A DNA stretch of 64,000 nt from the NCBI GenBank assembly GCA_030390025.1, contig CM059432.1, positions 100,256,001 through 100,320,000 of the forward strand. The letters run 5' to 3'. Origin of the DNA: Squalus acanthias (Eukaryota). The position numbers were made by a program, and so were the translations under genes. The notes under the pieces were generated by a model. It saw nothing but the letters and a program-made list of their open reading frames with translations. It did not search any database and had not been told where the DNA came from. Of this stretch, positions 12,086 to 25,857 are shown one piece after another (position 1 is the stretch's first letter; the number at the start of each line of letters is the position of its first letter).

Positions 12086-13453
12086 TGGGGGTAATTTTAA
12101 CGTAAGCCACTGGGTGGGAAACGGGCGGGTTTGGGACAGCCAAATTCAATGGAATTTAATAACATTATGTGTGAGTTGGTGCATTTCTCTAACTAAGACT
12201 GGTGCAAAGCTCAGGGCTGCTTGCTCGCCTTGTTATAAAAGTGGTTAAAGCTCTCAAATGATACATGCGATATAAATGGAATGTTAATGCAGTATGGCTC
12301 TACATCCAAATGCAAGATATTATCAGCACTGCATTCAGTTATGCAGCACTGTGGACTAGTACTGGGAACAGGCTACTGTCCAGTGTGGTTATAGAAAACA
12401 ACCAGGCAAGTTTAATTGGAAAATATGATAAATCAACAGTAAACCATTCTGCTCACTAGCCCTGGAATGGGTTTTGCAAGCATCAGGCCAAAAGGTAATG
12501 ACTCATAAATTAAAGACAAAAGTGTCAGAGAGAGAAAAATCGGCATAGCATTGTGTTGGTAATAAAATGGATGTCGTTTTCTAGCATACATGCACTCACC
12601 CGTGTTACCGTAAGATAACCCTGACCTCAATAAGGGTTTTTTTTTCATATAATTTATTATTGTTTCTGAACAGTTTTCATCTCAGAGGTCTTACCAATCA
12701 ATACGTGTCTCAGTCTTAAATATGATTGAATGGCTATAGCATATCATGTAATAAATTTCAATTTAAAAAATGAAAGCACGATCGGGGTTGTTTTAAAGAG
12801 GAATTCAATTTTCATAATCAGTACACAGATTTAATGAGCTACCCTACCCAAAACTGGAAAAATAATACCCAATAACCGATTTATTTTTTCAAATATGCTC
12901 CTAATGCTTTGTACAGCTTTAAATTACACTGTCATGTGATTCGTTATAGAATTGCCATTTAAGACTATTTCTTGTGCCATGTAATTATCAAGTGACTGGT
13001 GATAAAATGGCATGATGAAGCATGACACGAGAATAATTCTTAGATAAGAAGGCTGAGAAAGATACAGTGATAAGTACTATCAAGCGCCTCATGGATTTTG
13101 TAGGAAACAAACATAGAATTCAGCATTCTAATTGTGAAGCAGAAAAATCCAAATTCTGCAGTACATCGAAATAATTACAGTCCTTCCTAAGCAGAGTATT
13201 TGAAGTAGCACCTATCTAGTGAACCTTAACTTAAACAATAGTACCATGTTTATATGATGTCTGGCATGATCATTATAACTGGTTGCATTAATTTACTTTT
13301 TGACAGTGAGGTTCTCACTGATTGACATAATCTGCAGTTGTTACATCATGGCACCAGCGTAACAAGGAGATAATGATGAACAATTGGATCATAGGTGTTG
13401 CTATGGATCAAAAGGGGTGTGTTGCTGCTAATGATGGTCATCTTTGTAGCTAA

Positions 13454-14022
13454 GGGCCCAGATTTCTGTTCCAGGCCAAGGTGCAATTGGTGTGGATATC
13501 TGGTCAAGGGACCAGAAAATAGGGTAGAACCAGATTTATTAGCTCCAGACATTTTCTGATGGAGAGGCCATGGGCTGATCTCCCCCTCCATGTAAAGGGG
13601 ATGTGTCAGGGAATTTCTGGACTACCCTCAAAATCCCATCCTTTAAATCTTTAAAAGGCCTCAGGGGAACACAAGCCAGCTGAGATCTGACGTGCGTTCA
13701 TCCGGAACTCAGAAAAGGACCCAGACCTTGCTGGAGGGGATCAATTACTCAATTACTTTACTGTATCAGAGTTTGGCTCCATTTGGAGCAAAGGATCCCT
13801 TGGAGCCACATTATCTTCAGCCCAGGAGGGCCTCCAAGTGCCTCTGGTGAAGCAGCTGTGTGCTGCTCTCCCTTCCTGCTGACAGATTGGGGCGGACGCT
13901 GCTCATTCATCCTTACAGGTGCAATGCCCATGCTCCAAACATGCTAACAGCTCCGTCCCTGGGATTTGAGATTGATTTGGTATCTATGGCTGCAAATGGC
14001 TAGGAACACGGAATTTATACCC
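13454..14022. mobile_element. Harbinger-type MITE
   Basis: TIR-like GGGCCCAGATTTCTGTTCC / GGAACACGGAATTTATACCC; TAA and AAA flanks. Confidence 0.6.
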
Positions 14023-14148
14023 AAACGAGTTTAACTAAACATCCTTCATTACTATGCTTTCAGACAGAAAAAAGTTCCTAATTTTATGTTTTTCTGAATG
14101 GTTCTCTGGCAACATGAAACCACATAATACTTGCAGCCGCTTGTAAAC

Positions 14149-15854
14149 TGTAAGGGGTTCGGTCATAGGTGCTTGTATCGCAGCCGGTGCTGGTGCGGGG
14201 TTAGGCCTTCGTTGCCTAATACTATTGCTTGCTCTGGTCTCCGGCCAGCCTTGTTGCAATAAGCACCTGTGAGTGGTTCGACCCACTTGCCCTTACGGTT
14301 CTAACACTGGACTTAGGTGCGAGAGCAGTAATGCAGAGAAAAACTCAGATAGACCCGGTTGAATAGTACGAAATGGAAATCTTTATTGCATAGCGTCTAA
14401 AATCATGAAGTACATGTCATAGGCACAAATTAACGATAGTACAAGTATACATACATTCATAAAGCTTGGTCTATGGTAATGAAGAACGCACGGCACATTG
14501 TAAAAAGGGGAACACTTTATCCTTAATAAAACCACCCTCCCCTATCAATACCTACACTACGTCTAGATTTGTAGGATCGGGAAACATGCTCACCACTCGT
14601 GATACTTCGGAGAATTTTAAAGTAAGGCACTCGGCTCGTTTCGCTGCAGTTCTTTCTTGTATTTTCGGGCGCGGTCGGGGTTTACTGACCGTGGCGGTAC
14701 GTGGATTCTTCTCCTCTTCTTCTCGTCTCGTCTCGTCTCGTCTCTTCGGGCCTTCGGGTCCAGACACCGTTTACCGACTCTCAGGATGGTGCACCCGGTC
14801 ACTGGCCTTCGTCGAGGCGGCTCGTTCCGTTCGAGCTCCACCCAACATAGTCAACAGAGTCCAGAGAAAAACAGAAGGCTGCTCGTCCAGCAGAGCGATA
14901 CCCGAGGATCAGAATAGGAGAATAAAAGTTCAGCAGTCATCAGCGAGATAAAACAGTCAAGAGTTCAGCCCGAGTCAAGAGTCAGCAGAGATAAGAGTCG
15001 AATCCAGAGAATAAGCCCCCGATGGACATTTGTTCACTATAGTTATAGTGCTGTGTTCCCTTATCTCCCGCTCAAATCTTAATGTTTGTCCTTTGTGTAA
15101 TACTGGTGCACAAAACTCCCAGCATGGGGTGATTCTTTCCTTTAATGGGTATTGGTAGCACCTGAAACTGGCCAACTATCCGTTAATGTTTTCCCCATTG
15201 TCGAACCGGCTAGGAGTCTCCCTGACTGGTTTTGGGGCCTCCTCGAATACTGACTTAATCACCCGAGAATGGCTCTCTCATTGTAGAGCCGTGGGGAATT
15301 TGCGTATTGATTTATCTGGATGGGCCTTCGATTGCCCATTACAATGGTCCTTACTTGTGCATGGAAAATGATTCCAGCACTTATATCTTTGCTATTGTGT
15401 CGAATGCAGACAGGTTGCATCCTGTCTTTATCAGTGTTTGCTGCGTATTAACCAATCTTATACTGAAATGTTTATTCGAACGCCATCTTGTCTGCCCACT
15501 GAAAATTCTGGAAGCTTCTGCCACGAGGCGCGGCGGCCATTTTACAGGCTTCTGTGTCCTGTTTAATCATGAGAAGTCGCACAACACCAGGTTATAGTCC
15601 AACAGATTTATTTAAAATTAAAAGCTTTCGGAGCTGTCGCCCCTTCAGGTAGAGTAGCTGTTTAATCATGACAGCATTTCGTTGAAATAAAACTGATGAA
15701 ACGAATCTGCTTTATCTCGTTATTTCGAATCGCGATAATTGCGAATTTTACAAAACCATAGACCAAGGAATCGCAGGAACTCAATTTATAAATTTAAGCT
15801 TATCATGGAAAGAAAGAATGGTCAGGTTTCCAAATTAATTTAAAAATCTGTACA
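14149..15854 (-). mobile_element. Long solo LTR (ERV/Gypsy-like)
   Basis: TGTA...TACA ends, flanks AAAC / ACAC, minus-strand TATA-like site near 15045 and AATAAA at 14382-14387, CpG-rich; no adjacent PBS or PPT. Confidence 0.65.
15573..15657 (-). mobile_element. 85-bp Penelope-like end fragment inserted in the LTR
   Basis: Exact 14-bp direct repeat CTGTTTAATCATGA at 15559-15572 and 15658-15671; minus strand CTGAAGGGGCGACAGCTCCGAAAGCT resembles a truncated hammerhead. Confidence 0.65.
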
Positions 15855-16849
15855 ACACTACCTTGTTATTTTAGTACTGACTGTAGAAGCAGTTCTGGTT
15901 ATTAGAAGACTGTGGCTGATGTTCCTGATCTAATTGGCATTACTTACACTATGTGGGCTTTCTGACAAATTCAGACAGACTGATGTTATTACCTCACTTT
16001 TCTTCTTCAGTGCATTTCCTCTCATTGTCCAGTAACTGCATGATTTTCACTGCACTTTCCTTGAATATTAACACTCACACTTTCACAAACTATGATAAAG
16101 TACAAAACCATACCTTTTTTTTGACAGAATGGGATTAACTCGTATTAAATATAGAGTCAGTTTCAGGGTTTTTATTTTCTGCATCACCAATTTTCTGTGT
16201 CAAGTTTATCCTTTTCTGCAGATGTTCACTCTCTGGTGGGATTATGGTCCATGGATGCCAGTCACCCATCAGTACTTCCACCAAACAGCCAATATTCACT
16301 TGTGAACCTTGACAGTGAGTATTGGCAGGCCGTTTGTTCATGGAGGCAACTCAGATAAGCCCAATACTGTCCTCACCCATTGTCCACACTCATGTTTTTC
16401 TATTAAGGGGCTCCAGATTGTGATCAGGAGTGGGAACATGGACTAATTTGCCTCTCACTAACCTGGAAGAGCTGAGGCCAATTGTAGCTCCAAGTGAGAC
16501 TATCCAACTCAGCCCAATCCAAAAACTGAACTGCAAACTTTCTGGTTGTATGGCTCAGCTACTCACTGGATATATCTGCCAGGCCATTAAGTGAGCTACA
16601 GGATTTGCTCATTAGAGTATATTTTCACATCCAAGTCATATATTTACACCATTTATTAGTCATGCAACATGTTACCCTGATCACCTTTTGTAACTTTGGC
16701 AGAAGATCGGCACAATCTCCCCAGAGAAACAGCCTCGAAGGATAAAAATGGCCATTTTTCCAGGGGTTCCACTGAACTTCCAAAGTTATGGCGGGAGATT
16801 GGATCAACCCAGGTGCAAATTCAGGGCCAATATGCTTTTGTTTAAAAAA

Positions 16850-17590
16850 AGCTATGAGCATGAAGATGCCAACAAGGATGATGAAGATGAGGGAGAAAAT
16901 ATTAACATCAAGCTCCATGGCACTCCTGACAATCGCTGATGGCCACGATTAACACCCCCCACCATCTCCGCAAACGCTGCTCTCCCTTCCCCCACACAGG
17001 ACTTATCTGTGGGCTGTTGCTGATGAGGTAGGCGGCCCAAAATTCAATTATTTAGTTGAGCAAGCTGCCTTTGGAGGTGTGACAGGCGCCTGTAGCTCAC
17101 CGCGATTATTTAGATGAGGCCCGAGGACAATCAGCGATGCCTGGCCTGATGTGAAAGCAGGTTGGTGGAACGGCACACAGCCACTCATCTGAGGATGCCT
17201 AGAGCCCCATCTTGGGATGAAGAAAATATGTTTCCAAATATCTCCAAATGGAGCCATAAATCTGGTACAATAATGTAATCGAGATCGATTGCCTTATTTC
17301 TGTAAAGGTCGAGGGATTTTTCTGTGGCCTCAGCGAGATTCATGCAGCTGTTTCCATTGTAGCGTTTAAGTGTGGAAAGGGCGGAATTTCCTAGATAGCC
17401 TGGGAACTCCCCTAACATGTACCCATGCCACAGTGGAGGGGAAGTGGATGAGAGATCCACCCATGGTCCCCTCGCCGGAGATTGGCTGGAGCTAAAAACG
17501 GAGCAAAATCCAGGCAAAACTTGGTTCTACCACTTTTTCCAGTCTCTTTATCGGCCCTCATAGCCCCTTGGCCTGGATTGGAATTTTGAG
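16850..17590. mobile_element. Degenerate Harbinger-derived sequence
   Basis: Acidic EHEDANKDDEDEGE segment like Harbinger transposase C-termini, followed by MITE-like GC-rich sequence. Confidence 0.4.
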
Positions 17591-18399
17591 TTTTTTCTAA
17601 TTAAAAGGCATGTCTAGCCTCTGTCTGCAGTGCATGGGAAAAATCTTCCATCACACTTGAAAATCATTACATATGTAAAGTGTCCATCGCAATTGCACCT
17701 GATTGGATCAAATAATCACAATCTGCTGATGTGCTCAACTATAGACAAATATGTAAAGCTGCCAATCAGAAACTAGTATACAGGTAAGAAAAGCATCCAA
17801 TCATGAAATGGCATGAACCCCAATCAATTAAATTGCCCAATTTAGCAACTAATCAGGATCAGCAATTGCCACAAACAAACCAATCAAATCAAAGCACTTA
17901 GTCAACCTATTCCAATTTATTTGAGGGGGCCACGCTGTTTTTTCAGCCAGTTGACCCCAACAGGTACAATTCAGAACATAATAGACACTTTCAAATTGAA
18001 ATAATTACCTAAAAAAACTTTAAATGTACCTAAAATAATTGCCCAATACATTTTCCGAGAGGTCCAAGGCTCGAGTTTTACTCCTTTCATTGCACTTACC
18101 TATTATCATCTCTCAATATTTTTTCAGATCTCCACACATTCATGAAATTTCAGACCTCCACACACGAATGACCTTCCCTACTTCACAGCAACTTTGGGGA
18201 ATTCTAGCTCATTTAATCATTATTTTAATGCACTGAGAAACCAAAGGCAAACAAACTGCAAATCTTTATGGGCTTCCTGGAAATTTCCCTTTCCTTTTTT
18301 TTCCCCTTGCTAAGTCTTGTTGGTTTTTCTTCTGTGGTCTTCTAAGATTTTGAATAATGAACTTTGCTGTCTATTGCACCAAATCCTGTATGTCACCAG

Positions 18400-19125
18400 T
18401 TGCAAAATCACACCCAAATTGCAGACTTCACGCTCCAGTCCCCCAGTCACCTCTTCGATCCACACAGCCAGTGTTACTACTCCAATCCTTGACTGCTACC
18501 AGTGCTCCAATCCCCACCGCCACTGCTCCAGTCCTGATGGCCACCCCTCCAATCCTGATGGCCACCCCAGCTCTCTGGGATGCTCCATTGCCCAGGCTCT
18601 GTGCTTTGCTCCTGGCCCACAACTCCAAATGCTCAGCATTCATCCAAGTACTCAAAGGACAGGATGAGGGGCAGCTAAGAGAGAAGCACACAGGGAGCAT
18701 TCTATGAGCCACAGGGTCTGATGCCTAGGGGCACTAGAGGTGCAATGGCCTACCATCTGGAAGCACTCAGAAGTGTTTGAATCTGGGGACCAAGCAGGAG
18801 CACTCCTGTTCCTCAAGGAAACATTAAAAAAAGTAAAAAATGTTACTTACCTGGGCCTCTCCTGACCCCAATCCTGCCTCTGACTGGCTTTAACTGGCGG
18901 GACTCGCACCGGGATCATTTAGTACAAATCTGCTTGCAAATCACGTCAGAGTCAGAATGACGTTATCAGACCCTAACATTTAAATATTGATGAGGTAGGA
19001 CGCGACTTCCCTGCAACTAAAAACAGTGGGGCTAAAATGGCGGTGGTGTGGGCCCCTCTGGACCACCATTTTAACTGTCCGCCCGACCTGTTCCTGGCTG
19101 CCATGCAGGGCTAAAATGTGACCTA
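18400..19125. mobile_element. Degenerate Harbinger-derived sequence / MITE
   Basis: 21-bp periodic repeats like the Myb gene heptads, plus a terminal-like GGCTAAAATGTGACC end. Confidence 0.4.
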
Positions 19126-19849
19126 TAATCTTCTGGAGATCGATGGAAGTTATTTCACATAAAGCGTCTGAAATTCTGGCGGAAGTAAGGAAGCAAACTC
19201 TAGGTCCTTCCAAGTCTGGAACCGAGGGCCTCATCTCAAATTACATTTCATTTTGTAAAAAGAAACACTTAACATCTAACCTCTTTGTCCCTATATTTTC
19301 TACACGTGGCCCCTAGTTCTCTCATCCCTATCCATCTCAAATAGTCCACCCAACTGGACAGAATCTAATCCATTTATCTTCTTGTAAATCTCAATCAAAT
19401 CTCTTTTAAGTGTGTATTTCTCTACTGAAAATTACCACAAATCCATTTGCATATCCTAAGAGCTTGAGATTGGTTATCATTTTGTTAGAGAAATTATCCA
19501 CTTTAAGTCTTCTAATAATTTAGCTACCCACTTGCATACAGTTTGGAATCAAACCAGTTGATGAGCTTAACAACCAGGGCATGACCTCCTTGACCTTCTT
19601 ATACATTAGTCGAGTGGTATTTCTAATTGTGGGTGGCAGTGAAAAGTGCTTTACTTTCAGTTATTTTCAGCTGTTGTTTTGAATAAGGCAGTTTAATTAA
19701 GTTTGACAACAACAACTTGCATTGATATAGTGCCTTTAACGCAGGAAAACATCCCAAGATTTAAGATAATCCACCCATAACAGTCCATGGAACAAGCTCC
19801 AAGCCTACAGTTCTGGGGACACAATGAGATAAAACTAGTTTAGTAAAAC

Positions 19850-20610
19850 TCTCGTGTGGGGGTGGCCACAGCGCAGCCTGTGTCGGAGCAGTGAATGACT
19901 GACCGCAACTTCAGGATGTAGCGCATGCACATCCTAACACAGAAATCCTGAAATTGCAGTCAGTCATTCACTGCTCCAACACAGGCCACCCCCACATCCC
20001 CCACCCACCCCATAGCCAGCAATTAGCGTAATCAGGGAAATTAGTGAAACTGACGAAAACTTGGGATTTTCCGCAGTACTATCGCTGTTAAATACCCCAT
20101 TAAAAGTTAGAACTTGTTGGATTAGGTGTAACTGGGATTTAACAGTGTATTGACTGGTAAACAAATGTTATGGCCCTGATAAACTAATTTTAATTTTGTG
20201 GAGTGTCAAATTTTTCCATGATACTAAAAATTGTAATTTTTAAGAAACTTTAAAAAAAATTATATTTTTAAAAGTTTGTTCATATTTATTTCAGGTTTAC
20301 CTATTCACCATGTGAGAACCCCAATCTTTGTTTTGCTCTCTTGAACATTTTTAAAAAGTCAGAATAAAAGGAGCTTCTTCACTTCCTGGTTCCCTGTCTG
20401 TGAGAATTCTACATTGTGATTGGCTGCTTAGACAGCTTGTTGACGTCACAGCAGATCGCGCTATGGGATTTGCCACTACACTACACTGATCTGAACTGCA
20501 CGTCGACAAAGCTAAACTTCTCGCCAGAGATCGTGAGATCTTTTAGGCAGTTTTCTTTGGGGCCAGTGGCAAACGCCTTTGCTTCGCCGCTGACTGCAAA
20601 TTACGGGCCC
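19850..20610. mobile_element. MITE-like element (Harbinger-type right end)
   Basis: Ends ...GCAAATTACGGGCCC|ATA; left boundary unclear. Confidence 0.4.
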
Positions 20611-20711
20611 ATATATACAGCATCTATCACATTCTTTTATCTATAGACTATGATTTCCCCCAAAAATGGGATTAAATTAGTCAAGCACAACCTGCCCTTT
20701 ATGAATCTAAA

Positions 20712-20805
20712 GTCAAAACAGAAAACTGCAGTTACTTTAAATCTGAAACAAAAACAGAAAATTCTGAAAACACGGAGCAGGCCAGGCAGCATCTGCAGAG
20801 AAAAC
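20712..20805 (-). mobile_element. Penelope-like end fragment
   Basis: Similar to 10499-10590 and the 11350 arm (aaaacagaaaa...gcagcatctg). Confidence 0.55.
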
Positions 20806-22328
20806 AGAGGTGTTCCATGCTGACTGCTCCTGATTAGCCAATACCTTTCCTAGTATTCATTAACTTACATCAGTAATATATTTTATAACATGTTACTATG
20901 TATTCATCTGTGATTGAATGTTGTGCTCACAGTTTTAAGTACATAATATGAATTGACTATAATACAGGAATCACAATATAATGAAAGAACTGTCTTTACG
21001 ATTACATTCTAATGTTTGTAGAGGTGCATAGTGCATATATTTACATGCACAAGAATATTCCGAAGAAAATGAGCAGAAATGTCTGAAGCAAAGATTTAAT
21101 ACTAATTTTTGGGCAATTTAATATATAAAATAATGTAAAATTGTGAATCCACATTATCAGTATATGTGTCAAAATCCTCACTACTCTTGCCTGAGGGCTT
21201 TTACAGTGGGTATTTGATTTTAGATAAAGATAACACAGTCAGTTGTATGAAAAAAGAAAGCAGTCACAAAGAATGTGCAGTGTGGGTGTAATCAAACAAC
21301 TATTAATTTTATATTGCTGCAAATTAAAGTTTAGTTTAATATCCAGGCTGATGTTTTTCTAATGCTGCAAACCCCAACAAAAATGTGAAAATCTGTTCAT
21401 TTTTGTAAATTCTTTTAAAATTACATTAGTGTCATCTAATGGTAATCTCTTCCCATATATCTAAATAATGAAAGCAGAAAGGGCCAAAATCTTGAGTACT
21501 TTTTAACCACTGTTTAATATATGATACGTGTCTGTTGAACGTTTTATATAGGAGCAGTTTCCCTCAACCTAGAAACAACGTGATATTCATGTCTAGTCAG
21601 ATCTGATCATTTATTCCAGAAGTGAAACTGTCCAAGGAATATATTTTCCTTTGTGTGTAAAGCTAAAAAATAATAAACAATCATATTAATGAAAGACAGC
21701 CGACCAATTTCTTACCTGTACACACAAACAAGAGAATATACCTTCGAGTCACAGCAGGCCATAGTATCTGAAGCAGGGTAAATGCTTCTCAAGCGATGCA
21801 GATGATCACCCCACTACCATTTCCAACCCAATCCCTGCACTCAAACATGGCTCCCTCAGTCTCCGCACTGAAACCCCACCTGGCTCTATGGAATTAAACC
21901 TCAATATGAAGCATGTGGAATGCTAGTGTATTTCCCTAACCTGAACAAACCTACACTCCTAGGAAGTTCAAAAACCTTTTTGGTACCAATTACCAGGGCA
22001 AGATGCTTCTATCCAATGCTCAACTGGATGGAGCTCATTGAGAATAGGGGCTGGAGTTTGTCATTGGGGGCGGGCTTGGGGCGTGTCAGGTGGTCATCGT
22101 GTCAGGATCCCGACTCATATGTAAAGTGGGAAAAAAGTGCAATTTTGCCCTAATTGGGCACTTGATTTCCAGCGTGTGGGAACCCCTGGCCCAATGAGCC
22201 TTTTCATACAGAAACTCGCCTCCGATGACATCATCAATGCTGCTGGATTTAAGGCCTGCAAGCAGCCTTGCTTCTTTTTCAGCCTTTCAACTTTGTGACC
22301 ATTGTTCTGAGTGATTCCTTCTGCGAGT

Positions 22329-24337
22329 ATGTCCAGCTCTAGACCAAAGTGTGCACCTAGATTCGATGAGGCCTCCCTCCAAGCTCTGGTGGAGGGAGCA
22401 AGAGCAAACAAGGAGGTGCTCTTTCCTTCCTCAGGCAGGAAAAAGCCTCCACAAAAGACTAAAGCTGTGTGGCTGCAAGTGGCACAGGAGGTCAATGCTA
22501 TTTCAATGTGCAGCAGAACCTGGCTGCAGTGCAGGAAGAGGTTTCATGACCTTCTCTGCACAGGAAAAGTGAGTATTACATTCCCATCACCCTCAATCTG
22601 ATCCCCATTGCCTCTCATCACCAGCACTCTGCTTTGTCAACCTCCTCCTGCACATCCCACTTCACCCTTACATCCCTGCACCCTTACCCATTCCCTCTCT
22701 CTCTATGCTCACATTCACTGAACTATTCGACGATGCAGCCCTCACACTCCCTATCACTGTGATGCAATGCCAACAACTTACAACACACAGGGAGGGCCCT
22801 TGGTCTTGGCACCTCACTCCATCTTTGTCTCCTAAGCATCTATGCTATGGATTCTCCACACTCATTCCTTCATTCTCACTCAAAGTCCACTTGTCTCCCT
22901 CATTGCAGGAAAAGAGAGCTCACAATAAGAGGGAAAGGGCGAAGACCGGAGGAGGGCCACCCTCAATACCCCAGCTCACCAATGCAGAGGAGGCGGCCCT
23001 GGAGATCGTTGGAGTGGAGGAGGATGTGCAAGTGGGGGACGGACAGACGGGTGCATCACAGCAAGCTGGTGACAGAATAGTTTTGCATCTCTCTCATTGA
23101 CATTGCATGAGTCACTGATAATGATTCTGATACTCTAACAGATTGACTTATGATCATCTGCACAATTCAATGTGCATGCAACCTTTATCTCACATCTCTA
23201 ACTCTTTCCTTTACTCCCCCACAGGACCATTGAGAGCCCCCGTCCCCACTGTCCAGGAGGAACAGCCTGAGCCTGAAGACTCCTCAGAGGAAGCTGCAAC
23301 CTCTGAGGGCGCAGCGTCAGCAGAATTCAGCGCACCCAGCACCAGCGCAGACACTCACACCTCGGTGGTACCTTCGCGAGATAGAGTAGTGTTGTCACCT
23401 GATGTATCACAGATCACAAGTGAGCATCAGCAGATGGTGGAGGCAGGGACAGCAGTGGACAATCCTCGTCGGAGGGCGCAGGACTCTGCCAGCTCAGCTC
23501 AGCTGTATGTCGACCCTGTGCCTCCAGGTCCATCCAGAAGGAGAGCGGTGCTGGAACTCCAGGAACAGGTGCAGGAGTCTCTGGCAGGTTTTGTCTCTAG
23601 GGTCGCTGCGAGTGTGGAGCGAATGGAGGAGTCCATCGCGAACATGAGCAGAGAACCTTTGCGGAGGCGATGGCGCATGAACGCATCACCAGGGAAAGGA
23701 TGGCAACCTCCGTGGAAAGGATGGCTACCTCTGTGGTAAGGCTGATTACCGTAGAGGAGAGGATGGCTACGGTAGAAGAGAGGATGGCTACGGCCATGGA
23801 GGAGCTTAGTTGACAGGGTATTATTGAAAACATGGTCATTGTTCAGAATAGACTGACATCTCTTGAGGAGCGATGGTCTGCTACTGAGCAGAGAAACCAG
23901 ACCTTCATGGAAGTCCTCTGAAGTAGGACTTCCAGTGCAGAAACAGGTCCTCGTGGCCCCCCTGAAGTGCAGCAAGGTGCTGTCAAGCCACTTGCTAGCT
24001 CTGAAGTGGGGCTGACCCATGAGAGGGATGTTGGTGGCAGAGAACAAGGAAGTGGGGCTCCTCTCCAAGCGCTCACACGACCATGCCAATTCAAAGCCCT
24101 TGGTCAGAGCCCCACCAGAGTCCTCACCCAACTGAGATAGTCGTCTCAGCCCCTGCACAGCCGCAGGAATAGCAGACTGTTGCCGAGCCCTCACAGGCTC
24201 GCAACCCCAGAGGCCGCCCGCCAAAGGTGTCGAGACAGGAGCAGCAAGAAAGTGAGCAAGGGGCCTCCACATCTGCTGAAGCCACAGGGGAAGCACCACA
24301 TAGGAGCACGCGTAAGAGGAAGATAAAGCACAAGTAG
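22329..24337 (+). pseudogene. Harbinger Myb/SANT-like gene, exons 22329-22568, 22909-23068, 23225-24337
   Basis: MSSSRPKCAPRFDEASLQALVEG...W...WLQCRKRFHDL; phase-compatible GT-AG introns. Exons 1-2 are open; exon 3 has a frameshift and stops and ends RSTRKRKIKHK*. Confidence 0.9.
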
Positions 24338-24593
24338 TCACAAGGGCAGTCACTTGGGTGTTCTGTTGTGTTTATTTTTGAAAAGCCATCCGTGAATTGT
24401 GATGATAAACAAATTTGATAGCAAACTGTTGAAGTTGTGGCCTGTGTCATTTTGAAAATGGGACTTCCACATCGAGGCCTTAGGGCGACTTGCAATTGTC
24501 AGTATGGAGGTCAGAGTGATAGGAATCCGCAGGTTCTTGTCCATTGTCAATGCTCTGGTAAGAAGGTGCGAGGCAAGTGTTTGATTGTGCAGG

Positions 24594-25857
24594 CTAAGAA
24601 AATCTGGCCAAGAAAATCTGGCCAAGATGAGTGTGTCTCTTGCATCCCGGGCAGCAAGTGCTCGCGTGCTGGTGCCGCTGGTTGATGCACCACCGCAACC
24701 TGTTCGTTGTCGCTCTCCTCCTCCTCCTCCTTCCTCCTCATCTGAGGAGGCTATGCGATCAGCCACTTGTACCTCAGACAGCTGCAAGCCACGATGCTGT
24801 GCCATGTTGTGAAGTGCACAGCAGACCACGACGATTCTGGAGACCCTGGCTGCTGAGTACTGCAGGGCTCCACCTGATCTATCAAGACATCTGAATTGCA
24901 TCTTCAGCAAGCCGATGGTTTGCTCGATTATGGATCTGGTGAAAATGTGGCTGGAGTTGTAGCGCTCCTCAGCTTCGTTGGATGGCCTCCTCAACGGCGT
25001 CATTAGCCATGTCTTCAGGGGATAGCCCTTGTCTCCAATTAGCCATCCAAAAAGTTCGTCTGGCAGACTGAAGAGTGGAGGCACACTAGACTGGCGCAGG
25101 ATGAAGGAGTCATGGCAACTGCCAGGGTACTTAGCGCAAACATGCAAAAGTTCCTTATTGTGGTCACACACCAGCTGTACGTTGAGGGAGTGGAAGCCCT
25201 TGCGGTTGACAAAAATACCTGGATTGTGATGGGGTGCCTTAAGGGCCACATGTGTGCAGTCAATGATGCCCTGCATCCTTGGAAACCCTGCCAGATTGGC
25301 AAACCCAACCGCACGTGCGGTCACACTTGCTTGATCCTTGGAGAAATTGATGTAATTGTGCGCGATGGCAAAGAGGGCATCGGTTACCTGCGTGATGCAA
25401 GTGTGTGCGGCTGCCTGGAAGATGCCGCTGATGTCAGCTGCTGATCCCTGGAATGAGCCTGAAGCAAAAAAGTTGAGTGCGGTGGTGACTTTGACGGCCA
25501 CTGGTAAGGGGTGTCCACCTGCTCCTCTGGGCTCCAGGTCTTGCTGCAGCATTGCGCAGATGTCACCCACTACCTCTCGCGAAAGCCTGAGCCTCCTTTG
25601 GCACTGCTGCTCAGTCATGTTGAGGTAGCTGATCCTCTGTCTGTAGACCCTGTGTTTTGGGGGTATCTCCTGCGGCAACGTGCTTCCATGCGCTGGCGCC
25701 TTCTGGCCTGTGCAGCTTCAGGTGGGTGAGCAGCAGCTTGGAGCTCCTGTTGTTACTCCTGCAGTTGGTGCTGCTGATGTTCAGGGTTCTGCTGCTGCCG
25801 TGGCTGGTCTTCGTCCGAATCTGATGTCCAGGAGGAAAGGAAATAAATGGTTCCCAT
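24594..25857 (-). pseudogene. Harbinger (HARBI1-like) transposase with open catalytic core
   Basis: [16 protein letters not shown] and [10 protein letters not shown] are in one frame. The N-terminus (ATG at 25857) has a TAA and a +1 frameshift near 25657; a 14-bp duplication at about 24595-24622 displaces the stop. Confidence 0.92.

Noticed and set aside
14466..14951. ORFs in the CpG-rich 14.5-15 kb block as viral accessory genes
   Set aside because: Low complexity (driven by the TCTCG repeat), no recognisable motif, and inside the putative LTR.
21700..21900. Minus-strand CAG|GTAAG donor-like site suggesting an extra exon
   Set aside because: No supportable acceptor, reading frame or recognisable product.
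22329..24337. Myb/SANT gene as host NAIF1/MSANTD
   Set aside because: Inside a Harbinger element, exon 3 is disrupted, and several diverged relatives occur in this window.
23499..24353. 284-aa minus-strand ORF
   Set aside because: Antisense to Myb exon 3; an open frame expected from the GC-rich repetitive coding strand.
24350..25678. 442-aa ORF as the domesticated host gene HARBI1
   Set aside because: It lies inside TIRs with a TSD and a Myb partner; the listed start is not ATG, the true N-terminus is disrupted and the C-terminus is read-through. It is a transposon copy.
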